Assembly: GCA_002633005.1 (NCBI GenBank)
Contig: NMRA01000016.1
Coordinates: 1,463,860-1,527,859 of the forward strand
From: Phoronis australis
Taxonomy: Eukaryota; Animalia; Phoronida
DNA length: 64,000 nt
Direction of reading: 5' to 3'
The notes beneath the pieces are model-generated. The model worked only from the letters and a program-made list of their open reading frames with translations, was not told the DNA's origin and made no database searches. A program made the position numbers and the translations under genes. Shown piece by piece: positions 13,265-27,085 of this stretch (position 1 is its first letter; the number at the start of each line of letters is the position of its first letter).

Positions 13265-14232
13265 CATTGTGCCACCCGTTGTACGCTGCGACTTATTTTG
13301 CCACCCGTTCGTTGTATGCTGGGACTTTTTGTGCCACCTGTTGTATGCTGCGACTTATTTTACTACCCGTTGTACGCTGGGACTTTTTGTGCTACCTTTT
13401 GTACGCTGCGACTTATTGTGCCTCCTGCTGTACACTGGGACTTATTGTGCCACCTGTTGTATGCTGGGACTTATTGTGCCACCTGTTGTATGCTGGGCTT
13501 ATTGTGTCACCTGTTGTATGCTGGGACTTATTGTGCCACCTGTTGTATGCTGGGCTTATTGTGCCACCCATTGTATCAAGGCTTGGAATTTTCCGCGGAA
13601 ACGCGGATTTCCGCTTTTTTCAAATGTTTTGTCCGCGTATTTTATTATATTTCCGCGTTAAAAAAATCGGATTTGATATAAAATTTCCGCGGCAAATTTC
13701 TTTCTTACCGCGGCGTTGCCGACGACTTTCACCTCAAAAAGCGGAAGTTGCTCTTTATGTTTCGGAGGAATGTAATTTGTCAACATTGCCGGGACATCTG
13801 GGATAGCGTGGTGGATTTCTTCAATGGCGTCTCGTGTGATTGTAAACTACGGTGACAATTACTACAACTCTGCAGCTAAAAATGTGTGAAGGTAGGAGTG
13901 GACGGACGAGCTAAAAAGACGCAGACGCACGCTTCTGGAGGTGGTACCATTTTTTTATTAGTCCTCCCGATTTTTGTTGGCAAAAGGTCCACATCGACTA
14001 TTTCAAGGCTGGGTTGGCGCATGTTTTGGGCTGTAAAAATTTCCACGTTTTTGTCATTGGTCATTCCAAGCCCTGTAGGCTGTGACTTATTGTGCCACCC
14101 GTTGTACGCTTGGACTTATTGTGCCACCCGTTGTATGATGCGACTTATTGTGCCACCCATTGTATGCTGCGACTTATTGCGCAACCCGTTGTATGATGTG
14201 ACTTACTGCGTCACCCGTTGTATGCTGCGACT
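13265..14232. repeat. ~29-bp minisatellite (GACTTATTGTGCCACCTGTTGTATGCTGG) in two blocks, 13265-13576 and 14076-14232
   Basis: About 11 plus 5 units visible; they generate the three overlapping Cys-rich ORFs. Confidence 0.92.
13577..14075. mobile_element. 499-bp MITE (hAT-like CAGGG ends) inserted in the minisatellite
   Basis: TIR CAAGGCTTGGAAT ... ATTCCAAGCCCTG with subterminal TTCCGCG motifs; no clean TSD. Confidence 0.65.
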
Positions 14233-17200
14233 GACTTCTCGAATTTCGAGATTTTCCCGTGACTGATGTCTAATTCATTGTTTTTTATGCATCTGTCTGA
14301 AATTCGCTATTTCAATAGATCTTGTGAAGCGCTATCTTCCTCACTCCACTTTTGTTGGTATATCAGGATAGCATTTTTCTTCTGATGAACATAAAACTTG
14401 CATACAATATTTATCTCGCCAAGAGCTCAAGGCCAATGGTTTTTGGGCAAAATTGGATGCAAGATGGTGCTATGGCAGCCAATCTTTTTAATAATCCTTT
14501 GCTCTGTGATCATTTGACAGAACCTTCTGAAATTTGGTTTTTAAATCGAGCTCCTCTGAGCACTACTTGCTTTGCGTTATTGGTTTCTCTCTATGATGTG
14601 CCGTTCTCATGTTAGCTGAGTTTTCCTGATTGGATGATTGCCCTTTTATTGACCTATTCCCCTGTGCACTTCTAATGGTTTATCAATTACTGTACGTTGG
14701 TGTAATATACGCCGGACTCGTGGTCGTTTGTGTTCTTCGTTTTGACGACCTCATTTCTAAGTTTTTACATTGATTTTGCCAAGTGTCACTCAGATAGCTC
14801 TCATTCTTGCTGTATTGGGCTATTCAGGTATTCCTAACAATGTTTTAGCAACACAAGAAACCACAATTCAGACACTAAAGTGTTAAAGGCACGTCAAATG
14901 AAACGTGAAGTACCCTTTTTGAGGCATATTACATCACCGGGGAATAATGGAAGACAAAGAACGACTGATGGCAGTAGTTTGTTCCTTCGCCAGTACTCGT
15001 GGTGGAAGTATGCTCCCGGGTATAGAGTATAGAACACCGATGTGCGGGTGTTGTTCATAGCAGTTTGAATTAATTGAGGATTCTTGCAGTGATCTCGCTG
15101 GAAGTGCAACCAGACAGACCCGATAGTTTGATAGTTTGCTTTAAGGCAATTTTGCCAGCAGTCAGTTGTTTCATCTCCACATTGAGTGAAATTAGTGAAA
15201 ATTGATGTCAAAACATGTTTACTAACTGCAGTGATTAATTAATACTATGATAAATGAATGCTCTTGTACTGTGAACAGGTGTGACTTTTCAAGTAGGGTG
15301 TTTGGCTACAAACGTGATAATGCCAGCAGTTTTGGGGTATATCGAACCACCAGCAAAGCGCCAACAAAGTGCCCCATGAAATTTTTCATAATACTGTATG
15401 CTGTGCTTGTATTTTCTGTCCCCTTTTGATTTGTTTTTTGAGTTCAGAGGGTGGATCTGCATTTCCACGACATTCTAGATTCTGCATTGCTAATGTTGTT
15501 TTGGTCAATGACATCACCCTAGTTTTCATCTGCCGCTTAATTTGCATTGCGTGTTATTCAAGACAAAATAAAGATTGCCACACAATTCTGATGCACCCGT
15601 TGGCCCGAGTTAAGCAATGACAATGTACCAGTGAGAATTTTGATGCAGCAATTACATGGGGCACGCTCCTGAAATTATCCCTGCACCTTCCCAGCATTAG
15701 TCTGGGAATATTCTCTCCCAAGGGATGATTGGCCGTTAGGACCATTGTTGGTGACAGTTGTAGTACTAGCAAGCTGTATTGATCACCCACCTAATGCTCT
15801 AGACTGTGATGAATTTACAAAATTCGAAAAGCTTTGTCGAAGATTTTTTGTTTTTCCAGCTAATAGTTCAAAACATCGTGTTTTAATCTCCTACTTGTAT
15901 TTAATTCTAGGAACTTGTTTTCAAAACACATCTGTGTAAATTTACATGTGTGAAAGCTAATTTATAAATTGTACTGATTGGTTAATATATACAGGGGAGG
16001 GCGTGAAACATTTTATCACCTATTTCTCTGCATAGCATTTCTCTGCATGACTGAGTCTCGTATTAAAATAACACCAAGCTCTGACCATTCTTAATTTAAA
16101 TAACTGCACCGGGATCACCAGGCTGATGGGATTTTCATTTAAATCAAGGCATAGTGTCATGAACATGCTCATAGCTGTTGTCATAGTATAGGAAATAAAG
16201 TAGTTCTGTGGTCCACTTGCCTGCTCTATGTCTCGAAAGTCCGTTGTCATGTTTTGAAATCTGTACAACTGGGTATTGGGAATCACTAGGGCAGTGCACC
16301 AGCCTCTTCACTCTGTCCCACCTCCAGGCCCTGAGGTAGGGCTTTTCAATGTTTTTGAGGAAAAGCAGTCTGGATGATATCTAAAGAACTGATTGATGAA
16401 TTTCTATAAAACTTAACACAGTGGTATATGATGTCAATATGCTAGCACCAGTTGATGTGATTCAACCACTTCAGCACCTCCTAGTGGCTGTTTTTGGTCT
16501 CAAAAAGGGAATTTGCAGTATCTTTGGGAGAAGAGTATTAGAGGTGATTGGTGAATTGCAGCAATGAAACTTGTGATGGTAATCATTGCAAGCACCAGTT
16601 GATTTTTGTGGGGCTATTTTGGAGTTTAATTCAGCTACCAGTTTTGAGCAGATTTCATCAAGTCCTTATTTTGTGTCTATCTGTTAGGTACCTCACTCAC
16701 CTGAGAGTTGATAGATGATGCTAATCGTAGTCATGCCTTCCGTTACTGGTCGCATTTGAAAGGGAATGGTTAACTGAGTTTGTAAGAACAGCTAGTAAGA
16801 ACAAGAAAGGTATTCTGTTATGGGAATGCCTGCACGGACCGTTGTCTACAGTTTGGCAGACTAGCCCAGTTAACTGAACGCGTAATGCAACACAGTTATC
16901 GTCATTTTCCCAAGTGTGCAAAACCTTTAAAATGGATATAGGTTGTATTTTGACTGAAAATTTTGGTGCCAAAACGGCATGTTGGTAGCGGTGTTTGTAT
17001 GTGTTTACTTTTTTGTTGTATTCCCTGGAGGGGTGGGTCCCTGAATCTCCCCCTGCAAGAACACGCTTTAGGGGGAAAGGGGTTGGAGCATGCTGCTATC
17101 ACATGCTTTTGACGTCATAAAACTGTGAATGCAAAAAGGTGTCCACCATTCTACACACACTGCTGTTATATTACCAGACACAATTGGTGCATCTCCTTAT

Positions 17201-20200
17201 CGTTGATGTCATGCCATGCATCAGAAAGGCATAAGCTATAATGTTAGGCCCTGCTCAGCTTTAGCTGGGCAGAGTAATTGATTTCTGCCAAAACAATGCT
17301 TTTTTGTTTGCAGAATACACAAATTCACAATCTTGACCCTTCCCTTTGTCAAGTGCATTGCTTTTTAGTTTTTGTCCAGAAGCCTTGGTAATAACATGCT
17401 TATTATTTATTGGATTTTTACATCATTTATGACAAAACAAACAAACACCATCGCCTCCTGGAGTGTTCACGTTCCAGTAATACTTGACTTGTTATATTGA
17501 CTTTAGAAAAATGTCCAAATTTGGCGAATTTCAGAACGTCAGATCGTGAAACTTAGCTGTATCCATGCATTGTAATTAGCCTTCTTATTATGGAGCCACA
17601 CCAGGTGTTGTTTAGTTGTAGTGTTACTGTAGAGGTACACTATGAGCGAGGAAGGAACTGTTGTTGCAGGGCTTCATTCGTATCTGATTTAATGTGAAGC
17701 ACAATACATACATGCATACAACAAGTATCGGTTAATACCACATTATATATTAATGCTTTGCACCATCTAAAATGTTTTTAAAATGTTTCAATATTATATG
17801 AGTTGCTAACAAATATAGGACTTTTATGATTTTCATTAAAGAACTCAAAAAGTTGCATGAAACGCATAAAAAATTATAATTAATAAAACTATAAATGTTT
17901 TTAAAACGTTTAATCTTGAACCTTCATGTCAAACAAAATTTGGTCATATTATTATTGAGAGGTGTCACGGACTAGTCGACGTGCTGAACTGTCAAGATTT
18001 TTGCTTTTTCAGGGGACCTCGAGAGCGAGGTCGGTAAAGATACAGGCGTAGGTTTTGTACATTGTTGACTTTCACATGTGAAGTTTTAGAAGTTTTAATA
18101 AAAACACTTTAAATAGCATATAAATAAGAAATAATAATTCTGGTGGTTGTGCAGCTCTGGTTCCCAGGCTTAATTTCTTGAACATTTCGTTGTTTGCCTC
18201 TTGACGTTGCTACAATGAACCTTTTGTAGATGAGTTTATAAATTCAGTGATAGGACTAATTGCCTAAAGTGCTGTACTAAGTCTCGGCACTATTCAAGGG
18301 TTAGTTAAAGTACAACACCACTCTATTTTTACTTGTTGTTATTTTGTTTCCAGTTCACATTTGAAACAATATTAGCATTATCTGATAATAAGTTTAAACT
18401 GGCTTGTAATTGAACCACTTGATTAATTGTCGTGGACCAGTGGAATGTTTATATTGTGTGTTTAGTCTTGGTCCAACCTAGACAATTCATCATGGCCTGT
18501 GGACACCAAGGGCCCAACCCACTTCTTCATTGATTATCATACTGCTCTTGAGAAATGATCTTTTAAACAGGTCTGGAACGCGATAAGCAGACTAAATTGC
18601 AATATTGAAAATGGTTCTTTGCCACTGAAACATAATTCAACGATCACCAGGTATTTTTAGGGTTGTTTGTAAAGATTTTTAATTTCTGTTCATATCAAAG
18701 CATTTTCTTTTAGTTTCAAGTTTGGAAAAAAAAACCTGTCAGCTGCTTACCACTTCCATCGACTTTTCTCCCATAAGGCAAATCACGTCTCTTTATTTGA
18801 TATGAGAAGACATAGAGGTAGCATTTCCCTTAAATGGAAAATCTGACCTTTAACCTCAAGCAACCAACTGAACGCATGCGTGCATTTATCATAAGTGGGA
18901 GGGAGGTTAGAAACTCTGTGGTAACCAGGAATTTTTTTCGCAGACATTGCGAGATGGTAAGAATTGTTTAAAAGATATTTTTGGTGACCTTTCGCGTTCC
19001 ATGCCTCTTTAATGGTAATCAGTGCTAGGTATTTTTGTTAAATTATTGGAACTTACCATACATATTCGGCCTGCTTTTGTACATTTCCCGTCTCCGGCAC
19101 TGTTATGGCTGATCCAGAAAGCATGGATACTTGGAGGGCTGTGCACAATGAATCACTTTTTCTAATAAAACGCGAAATAAAAACACTTTGTAGCTCTTTG
19201 AAGATTTCAGTGAGATAAGGCTACCAAAGCACTTGGGGTATTCTTTAATAAATAAATGTAACTTAGGTTTGTCCAGTGAATCAATTTCAGTAAGGAACAC
19301 TGATTTAAGGATCACTTTTACTGGTCTAACGCACCCCTCCCCCTCCCGCTTCAAATGCAGACTTTATTATAATTCTTCACCTATGTAGCACAATATGACG
19401 GACACATTAATTTTTTAATAGAAATTCTGAATAAAATAAAGATCAAGGGTTAGCTTGGTTGGTGCTTTAAAGGCAGAAATTGTTATGTCAAACAAGATTT
19501 GGTGAACTTTCGTAATTTGGTAATTGATCTTTGAAAACTAGACAAAGTGACAATTTTTGCTGTTACTTTACTGCGAATTATGCAGAAAATTACTGCTAAA
19601 CATAAATTTTCAGTGGTATTAGCTGTAACAAACGAATCTATTGATGAGACATGCTGTCGACGTGACAGTATTAGTTTTACTGGCAATGACATGTTATGCC
19701 ATCTGGAAATGCGTCATAACTTCATTAAATTTGTATTCGACCTGATGGTGGATACCCTGTTACCATCATCATTCTGTCAATGATTAATTTTGCACTTCAT
19801 CATTGGTTGTTTCCAACCATATGTAATGTTATTGTCAGGAAGAGGATATTTTTCCTGATTAGTTGCCGTTTGATCGCAGGTAAGCAAAATCACCCCATTT
19901 TTCTCAGAACTTACGAAGACATTCCAGTTTTATTCTCTGGTTGGTGAGAAATTGCCTGTTAGCCTCAGAACATAAGAAGAATTATCTTTTTTTAAGTTTC
20001 CATTCGATCTCGGAATGGGGGAAAATTCCTGGCTAGCAAATTACACTATTTCGCAGCAGCATATCTTCAACAGTTTCCTTGGGCTACTCTCATTAGCTGG
20101 TGCCTTTTAATGAGGTCGATGACTTATTGTGTTCGCTTTCCCCTGCTTATTAGATTTTGGTTGATGTAAGTTATCAACCATCACAGAGTTTGACTTGTAT

Positions 20201-21711
20201 ATTACTGTAATGAAGTGTATTTCTTGACTGTAATTGCCTGGAGTCCCTGGCTTCATATTAGATTACTTATTTTCTGAGTTGGAAGCCTTACACTAAGCTA
20301 AGCTAAATTTTTGGGCAATATGAGACGGCAATGCAGATTCAGCAGATTGCACTTTTCAAGTTCCTTCAGTTTTGGGGCTATGAATTTATGTACCCCAAAT
20401 ATTTATGCATGGGATCAGCTTGCAAGATGTGCCAAAGGAAAGCAATTATCACTGCTGGAATTTACACAACATTCCCAAGTCGTCCCTTTAGAAGGCAGAT
20501 TAGGTGTCTGATCCACCCTCTGAAAAAAAATCTCTTGTGAAATTTCTCTTGTTAACACTCATCAGATGCTTGCTCTGCCTTCTTATTGTCTTTTCCCAAT
20601 CAGAGAGGCAGATCTGTGTGTTTACTGTGGGTGGTTGTCCATGAAATTTGGCAAGTTTATCACGTAGGTGACCAGCAGCTGCCTTGTTCGACCTATGTTA
20701 CACCCCGTAGCGGCCTTTCTATTGTTTTTGTGTCTTCCTTCCTTTCTTCCAAACTTCTTGTATCGTGATAATAGGTGGCAGGTGTGTTTCTGTTCCAGAG
20801 AGCATTTCCAACTTGCTTTGCTCCCAGTAGAGGTTATTATTAAGTTTGCTTAAGTATTGCTCTGTTAAGTGGGAATGTTTAAAATAATGTTCATCGTTTA
20901 TTTTTGTACTTTACGCGATGCACACGCTGGGTGCATGTCAACGCATAGTTGCTCAACTTGTTTACTGAGAGATACCTACGTTCCTATGACGTGATTTGTG
21001 ATTAAGCTGAGTGCCTGCCCAAGGGGATGGCTCGTGGTTGATCAGAATCTTTTGTTCTTTAATACATCAATAATACTAATTGCTTGACGGCAAATAGAAT
21101 ACCTTTGTGAACACTCATTTTAAGTGCATGTCTAATCTTCTTTCTAATCAGACTTCCTTACCTATCTACCTTCTTAGAAAAATTAGCCAAGGGTACTAAT
21201 TTCCCTTGATACATACACCTATTGACTTTTTCTTCGCCTTGGTTCCTGTGGCAGCTTTGTCATGTGGACACTTTTCGAATTGCAGACAAGTCACACTTGT
21301 GCCGAGTGCATTACCGAGGCTGACGTCATCCATAATTTTTGACGGTTTATATCTGTTTATATATTCAGTGTTATAGTGACATGGACACGCCAAAGAATAC
21401 GAAAACAAACACTTTTGTGCAATACATACTCGGCCTAATGACTTGTATAAATCACCTGGTACAAAATAGAATTGACATGTAATCAGTTATACACAATACA
21501 GGTTTAATTTTTGCAACAATCTAGTGCTCTAATTTAAAACTTCACAAGATTTTCTGGATAATTTGGAAACAGGTCTACAAGGGAGGATTCGCTTGGAAAG
21601 GAAACACCATTCTTAAACTATTATGTCTGGCGTAAACAAAAATAAAATATACAGATTTCAGTGTGGCTGGAGGAAATGCGTAGCTTTCAATACAATATTC
21701 TGACCTGAACT

Positions 21712-21920
21712 TAAACATGGACGCATTGATGTTTTGGGGGAGTTAAGGTCAGTGTGAACGGTCCATTCGGTTCTGGATTGAAGTTAACTGCACCAGTTAA
21801 CGTGGAAGTATCCAGGTGCATGTAACAGTGGGGGGTCGACACAGTTGCGGTGTGGTATGAACGGTCAAATTCGGTCTCATTGAAGTTATCGCCAGAGTCC
21901 ACTGCTATCGTCATCAGTTA
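21712..21920. mobile_element. Partial copy of the PIF/Harbinger-like MITE family at 55890-56371
   Basis: Shares gcggtg..tatgaa.ggtcaa.ttcggtc.cattgaagttatcg with 56035-56100. Confidence 0.7.
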
Positions 21921-22578
21921 AAGGGCAGTGTTGCTTGTAATAGATACATTACATTGAACCCCTTGAACCCCCCCTGTAGGTTCGCCTCTGTACATGTATT
22001 ATAATCATAAGTACATAAACATTGTGCAATTCTGTTTTCCACCCATCACAATCCAGTGATTCCATAAACGCGTCATGTCTTCATGATGTTTATAAACTGG
22101 TGTTGCACAGCCAGTGTCTCCCTATAAAACTGCATTGGCTGCATATCTATGTACTCCTGGAAAAGCAGGAGGAGTCTAGAACAAGTCATTTCAAATTGTG
22201 AGAAATGTTTATAGCCCCAAACCCCTAAACAACACTCCATGACTCAGCCAGTAGTGCAGTCAAAACAGTTGGTAAAATTGTTCAAATCCATGTTTCGTAA
22301 CATCTTGTAGTTACCGACAAGGGCGTCAAGCATTCTGGTTCTGGATGCAGCTAGCAACTGAGCCAGTCAAACGGGCTAAGTTTCTTATGTTACTTCCTTT
22401 TCAAAGGATTTGACTGGCTGGGCCCCCTAGTGGCCTTGTTATTTCATATATTACATCATGGCAGTAATTAACAATCCAAAAAGCAACCATTAGCTGCACC
22501 GTCGTGGGGAATTATAGCTCTTCTGTGTACGAAAAATTGTCACCTACAAAGACAACCAATTCAAAACACTCATTTTTC

Positions 22579-22775
22579 CTGAATTGCGTGTAAGAATGTA
22601 TAAGGGTATTTAAGACCTTACCGACAAGTCTGAATTGCGTGTAAGAATGTATAAGGGTATTTAAGACCTTACCAACAAGTCTGAATTGCGTGTAAGAATG
22701 TATAAGGGTATTTAAGACCTTACCAACAAGTCTGAATTGCGTGTAAGAATGTATAAGGGTATTTAAGACCTTACC
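22579..22775. repeat. 51-bp tandem repeat, about 3.9 copies
   Basis: CTGAATTGCGTGTAAGAATG... units start at 22579, 22630, 22681 and 22732. Confidence 0.95.
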
Positions 22776-22776
22776 N

Positions 22777-23346
22777 ATGTCTTCATGATGTTTATAAACT
22801 GGTGTTGCACAGCCAGTGTCTCCCTATAAAACTGCATTGGCTGCATATCTATGTACTCCTGGAAAAGCAGGAGGAGTCTAGAACAAGTCATTTCAAATTG
22901 TGAGAAATGTTTATAGCCCCAAACCCCAAAACAACACTCCATGACTCAGCCAGTAGTGCAGTCAAAACAGTTGGTAAAATTGTTCAAATCCATGTTTCGT
23001 AACATCTTGTAGTTACCGACAAAGGCGTCAAGCACTCTGGTTGCAGCTAGGCACTCTGGTTGCAGCTAGCAACTGAGCCAGTCAAACGGGCGAAGTTTCT
23101 TATGTTACTTTGTTTTCAAAGGATTTGACTGGCTGAGCCCCCTAGTGGCCTTGTTATTTCATATATTACATCATGGCAGTAATTAACAATCCAAAAAGCA
23201 ACCATTAGCTGCACCGTTGTGGGGAATTATAGCTCTTCTGTGTACGGAAAATTGTCACCTACAAAGACAACCAATTCAAAACACTCATTTTTCCTGAATT
23301 GCGTGTAAGAATGTATAAGGGTATTTAAGACCTTACCGACAAGTCT
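22777..23346 (+). repeat. Near-identical duplicate of 22075-22632 after the single N at 22776 (probable allelic overlap)
   Basis: Colinear with a few SNPs and indels; contains only one 51-bp unit. Confidence 0.88.
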
Positions 23347-23859
23347 GCGTGTACAGCCAAATACCTTGTACAAAACTATAGATTAGAACTCGGTAAAAGC
23401 AATATTTTTATGGCCGTAAAAGGCCTGTGGATTTTAGTCTCGTTTAGACATCAAGCGCAACTGACACGGAGCAACTTGATCAGTTTCAAGTGGCCGTTTC
23501 CACAATTTCATTGACTGTGGCAAGTCGGATGTTGTACGCTGGAGAGTGGAATGCACATGCGCAGGTTTTCAAATAGCGGAAGTTGCAGAGACTGAGAGCC
23601 CGTATGTAGGGCATTGCACAAGCGCAGTAGAGCTGATCCTTGCCGCCTTGCCCCATTGTCGCGTTTAGACATATAATTGACACAGAGCAAGACGTTTGAG
23701 CCCAAATTGCCCCACCTCACAAACGGGTGGCAAAAGTTGTCACCACGGAGTCAATTTGCTCTGTGTCAGTCCCGTTTACACACTGGAACATCTTGTTCTG
23801 TGTCAGCTGGTTTGTGTCAACTTGTGTAGTGTAAACGACACTTTTGACGTGACTTTTTA

Positions 23860-25610
23860 CCAGTCTGCCATTAATTGCATCACGTAACCATGTGTTTTTA
23901 GTAAAATTTAGTAACAAAGAAGACGTCATAGCAAAACAACTGTACCAGTAGTGTGACCAAATTTCATTCGACATAAATATTCAAAATGAAATTCCAAAAT
24001 CGCTGTTACAGTTTTCGAAGTTGACATTTTATTCTAGTTTTATACAACTTTGGATTTTTGTCATGAAAATCATAAATGTCCTATTTTTGATACTGCCTCC
24101 TGCAAACGTGGAACATTTTAAAAACAGTTCCTGATAGCGTTTTGAAGAACAGCGTACAAAGCATAGTATCTGAAAGTTTCATATGAATCCGATCGGCCAT
24201 TTCTGAGGTATAAATGATGTTCTGAAGTTTACCAAACTTGGCCACTTTTCTAGGGTCCTACATAACCTATTGTAAGTTAAGTTATAAACAAACATTCAGT
24301 CAAGGTATGTTTTTAAACAACATCACTGCTTGTAGATAGTTATTAAAACATCTATATTAAGCATGGGGGAAAACCTAAATATTCAAGCCCTACCAACGTA
24401 CACTTTATTAAGTATTTCTCTTGTTTAATAAATCATGTTTTTAAAGGTCAGCAATGAGCATGTAAATTACTGCTGCAGTAAAATCTCAACAGTTTGGAAC
24501 AAAAATTACTTTCAAAATTGACCAATTTCAGTTTAAAAGGTCTAACATTGAAGTCCTCAATTTCAGAAATATTGTTTGATGGCAGCTTCTGTAGATCACT
24601 CGAACATACGGTAGTAAAGATTACAACTGGTGATACAGTCACATGTTCTATGAAAAAGTGACATCACATGATTTCGTTTGTCCGCCATGCTGTGTCTTAA
24701 ATTTGTGAGATTTTATTGTGGTTGTCAGCAGAGTGTTGCCAGCACTTGCAAACACAGTAATCTTTGCACTGGTGGAACTTCACCTTGTTATCAGTGGATG
24801 GCCGAATGTAATATCTCCAAGTGTTTAACTGGTGCATCCATTCACAGCTTGTGAGCTCTTATATATTTTAAGTTTTTGAGGTAACGCTTTTTTGCGAAAT
24901 TTTCTGTTTACTGTCTTGTGGATCGCACGTCTTATTGATTTTCTTCATTAAACCATATTGTGCTGCTATTGCAGTTAGGCTGCTTGTGGTTGATTTACAA
25001 AGAGATACGAGTTTTGTAAAATGTTTTAGTTTTCCAAGTATAGGTTGAACTGACGTTTCGGCATTATTTTAGTTATTGAAATGACTTTCGCCTTAAATTT
25101 TGTAGGTGCTTAGAGAAACGTCCTAATTTGGTTAACTTTGGAACAACATCTAATCTCATAAATGACTGATGAAACTTTTGTATTCTATGCTTTAATATAT
25201 TCTGTTCTCCAAAACGATGTTTGTATTTGTTTTTGAAAATTTCCACTCTTGCATGAGGGGCTATGAAAACTAGGATTTTGTGGTTTTCTTACAAAAGCGC
25301 AAAAGTTGCATAAAACAAAAACAGTAATTTAGAAAAACAGTGTTTTTGAGATTTCATGAGCATTTTATATGAAATGAAATGTTAAATACCGTCATTTTGT
25401 TATCATTGTACCTTTCTTTTTCGCTTAGTTTTATTAAAGACACCGTCATGTGACTGTCATGTGACCCTGATTGAATGGCAGCCAGTCTAAAATCAAATTC
25501 TACAAGCTTTCTACTTTCACAAAATATACCTTTACTGTGTTACCTTCAATTTTGTAGATTTTTGGCTAAATATACGGACTTCTTGATATAGTTTTACATA
25601 AACCTTAAAG
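23860..25610. mobile_element. Long-inverted-arm repeat element (arms at about 23860-24270 and 25095-25610) of an abundant family
   Basis: Left arm ...gtggaacattttaaaaac..gttttgaagaacagc..aaagcat... is reverse-complemented in the right arm ...atgctt..ctgttctccaaaac..ttccac.... Boundaries approximate. Confidence 0.55.
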
Positions 25611-26556
25611 AAATTGTTTTCAAAAAGTGGCCAGTCCGGTCTTTATTGGTAGGTTGATTGTTGACCCATGCAAAATTTGTTTGCTATTCTTTTATGACAA
25701 AGTCAATGTTATAGCATCGCAAGGCTTTGTCCATCTGAGATTATGGTTAGGCCTCCATTGGGGCATTCGAAAGCTGCCAGTGCCTAATGTCTATCTGCAA
25801 ACTTATGAGTTTTTGAGGAAAAACATCAAAACGACTTTCAAACTAACATAAAGTACTCATGAGAAAATTGCCAATCAGATGGTCCCTGGCCAAGTGTAAC
25901 AGACTATATTTGGTGTGATCGACACGGCTAAATGCAAAATTGATGTTACTGGTTGTATTAATCAATGTTATGTCGCTATTTTTTACACTCAAAAAAGCCC
26001 CAAGGACTCATTCTTTCGGTGTCATTATTGGCGGTTAATGGAAGCTAAGATTCAGGAAGCATTCATTCGCATTGATTTGATTCAACTCATCAGTGATGTG
26101 ACCCTAACTTCTAAGTCTGCTCGTCTCCCTGTTTGTCTGGATTCACTGGATGATTTTGCTCTGATGCCATATAGTCTTTCAAGAACTCTGTGACGGTATG
26201 TAGAGGATGTACTTATTTCAGATGGTGCTTGCTGTGTCTCAAAGAAGTAAATGTGCCTCTTAGTGTTTTGACTGTCTTAATTTAAGTTGTTTACACTGAC
26301 TAGCATATTTTCAGTCTGGGTTAAAATAATATTTCCATTGTGATAGAAAAACTCTCATCTCAACTAATTAGGTGTTATTTTCGTCATGGAGTGCTGCAAA
26401 AGCATGAAACCAGTTTTGCCAATCAGTCTCATTGGTCCAACACATGTTAGTTCCTGAGGTGTGTCTTTACTCATGGAAAAGCAATGTGATGTATTTGCAA
26501 AAAATAGTGTGAACTGTAATAAATTTGGCCATCGTTTAAGTTCTTAATTATTCTTA

Positions 26557-27085
26557 AGGCCCTTGCATACTAACTTGGATGAATGGAGAGTTGACGTAAA
26601 CTCTGAAGTTAATCGAACGTTCACACCAGCTTCGGCAGTTAATGTCATTGAAGTAGATGGTAGGTGATGCTGTCATCATGGCAGTAATCGTAAGATAGCG
26701 CTGATGCATACCGTGCACGCTAAGATTTTTTTAATGTGACAGTTTAAGAACATTTACCTGTGATAATTAACAGGAAGTTATTTGTAATTTGATTGGCGAT
26801 TATCCGAGCAAAATATAAGCAACTATCAATACCGACAATGCTCTTTAATTGTTGATGCCAGCAGACTGGCCCCTGGCGATAACTTTGATGAGACCAAAGT
26901 TGACCGTTCGTACCGCACTACAGCATCAAATGCTCCACTATTAAATCGGCCCAATAAGCCGCCCAATTACTGCGAAGTTAACTGGTGCACTTAACTTTGA
27001 TCTAGGACTATAGTTAACCCTTCATACTGACCACAACTCCCCCAAACATCCGATGCATGGACATTAGTATGAATTCAAAGGGCCT
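26557..27085 (-). mobile_element. PIF/Harbinger-like MITE, opposite orientation to 55890-56371
   Basis: TTA|AGGCCCTTGCATAC ... GTATG(aattc)AAAGGGCCT; the internal sequence is the reverse complement of the 55890 copy. Confidence 0.75.

Noticed and set aside
13109-13806. Three overlapping Cys-rich ORFs of 130-190 aa
   Set aside because: Generated by the stop-free 29-bp minisatellite and the adjacent MITE.
22579-22775. Regular repeats that could suggest a CRISPR array (also at 43815 and 63786)
   Set aside because: Contiguous tandem units without unique spacers, no cas genes, and a eukaryotic intron context.
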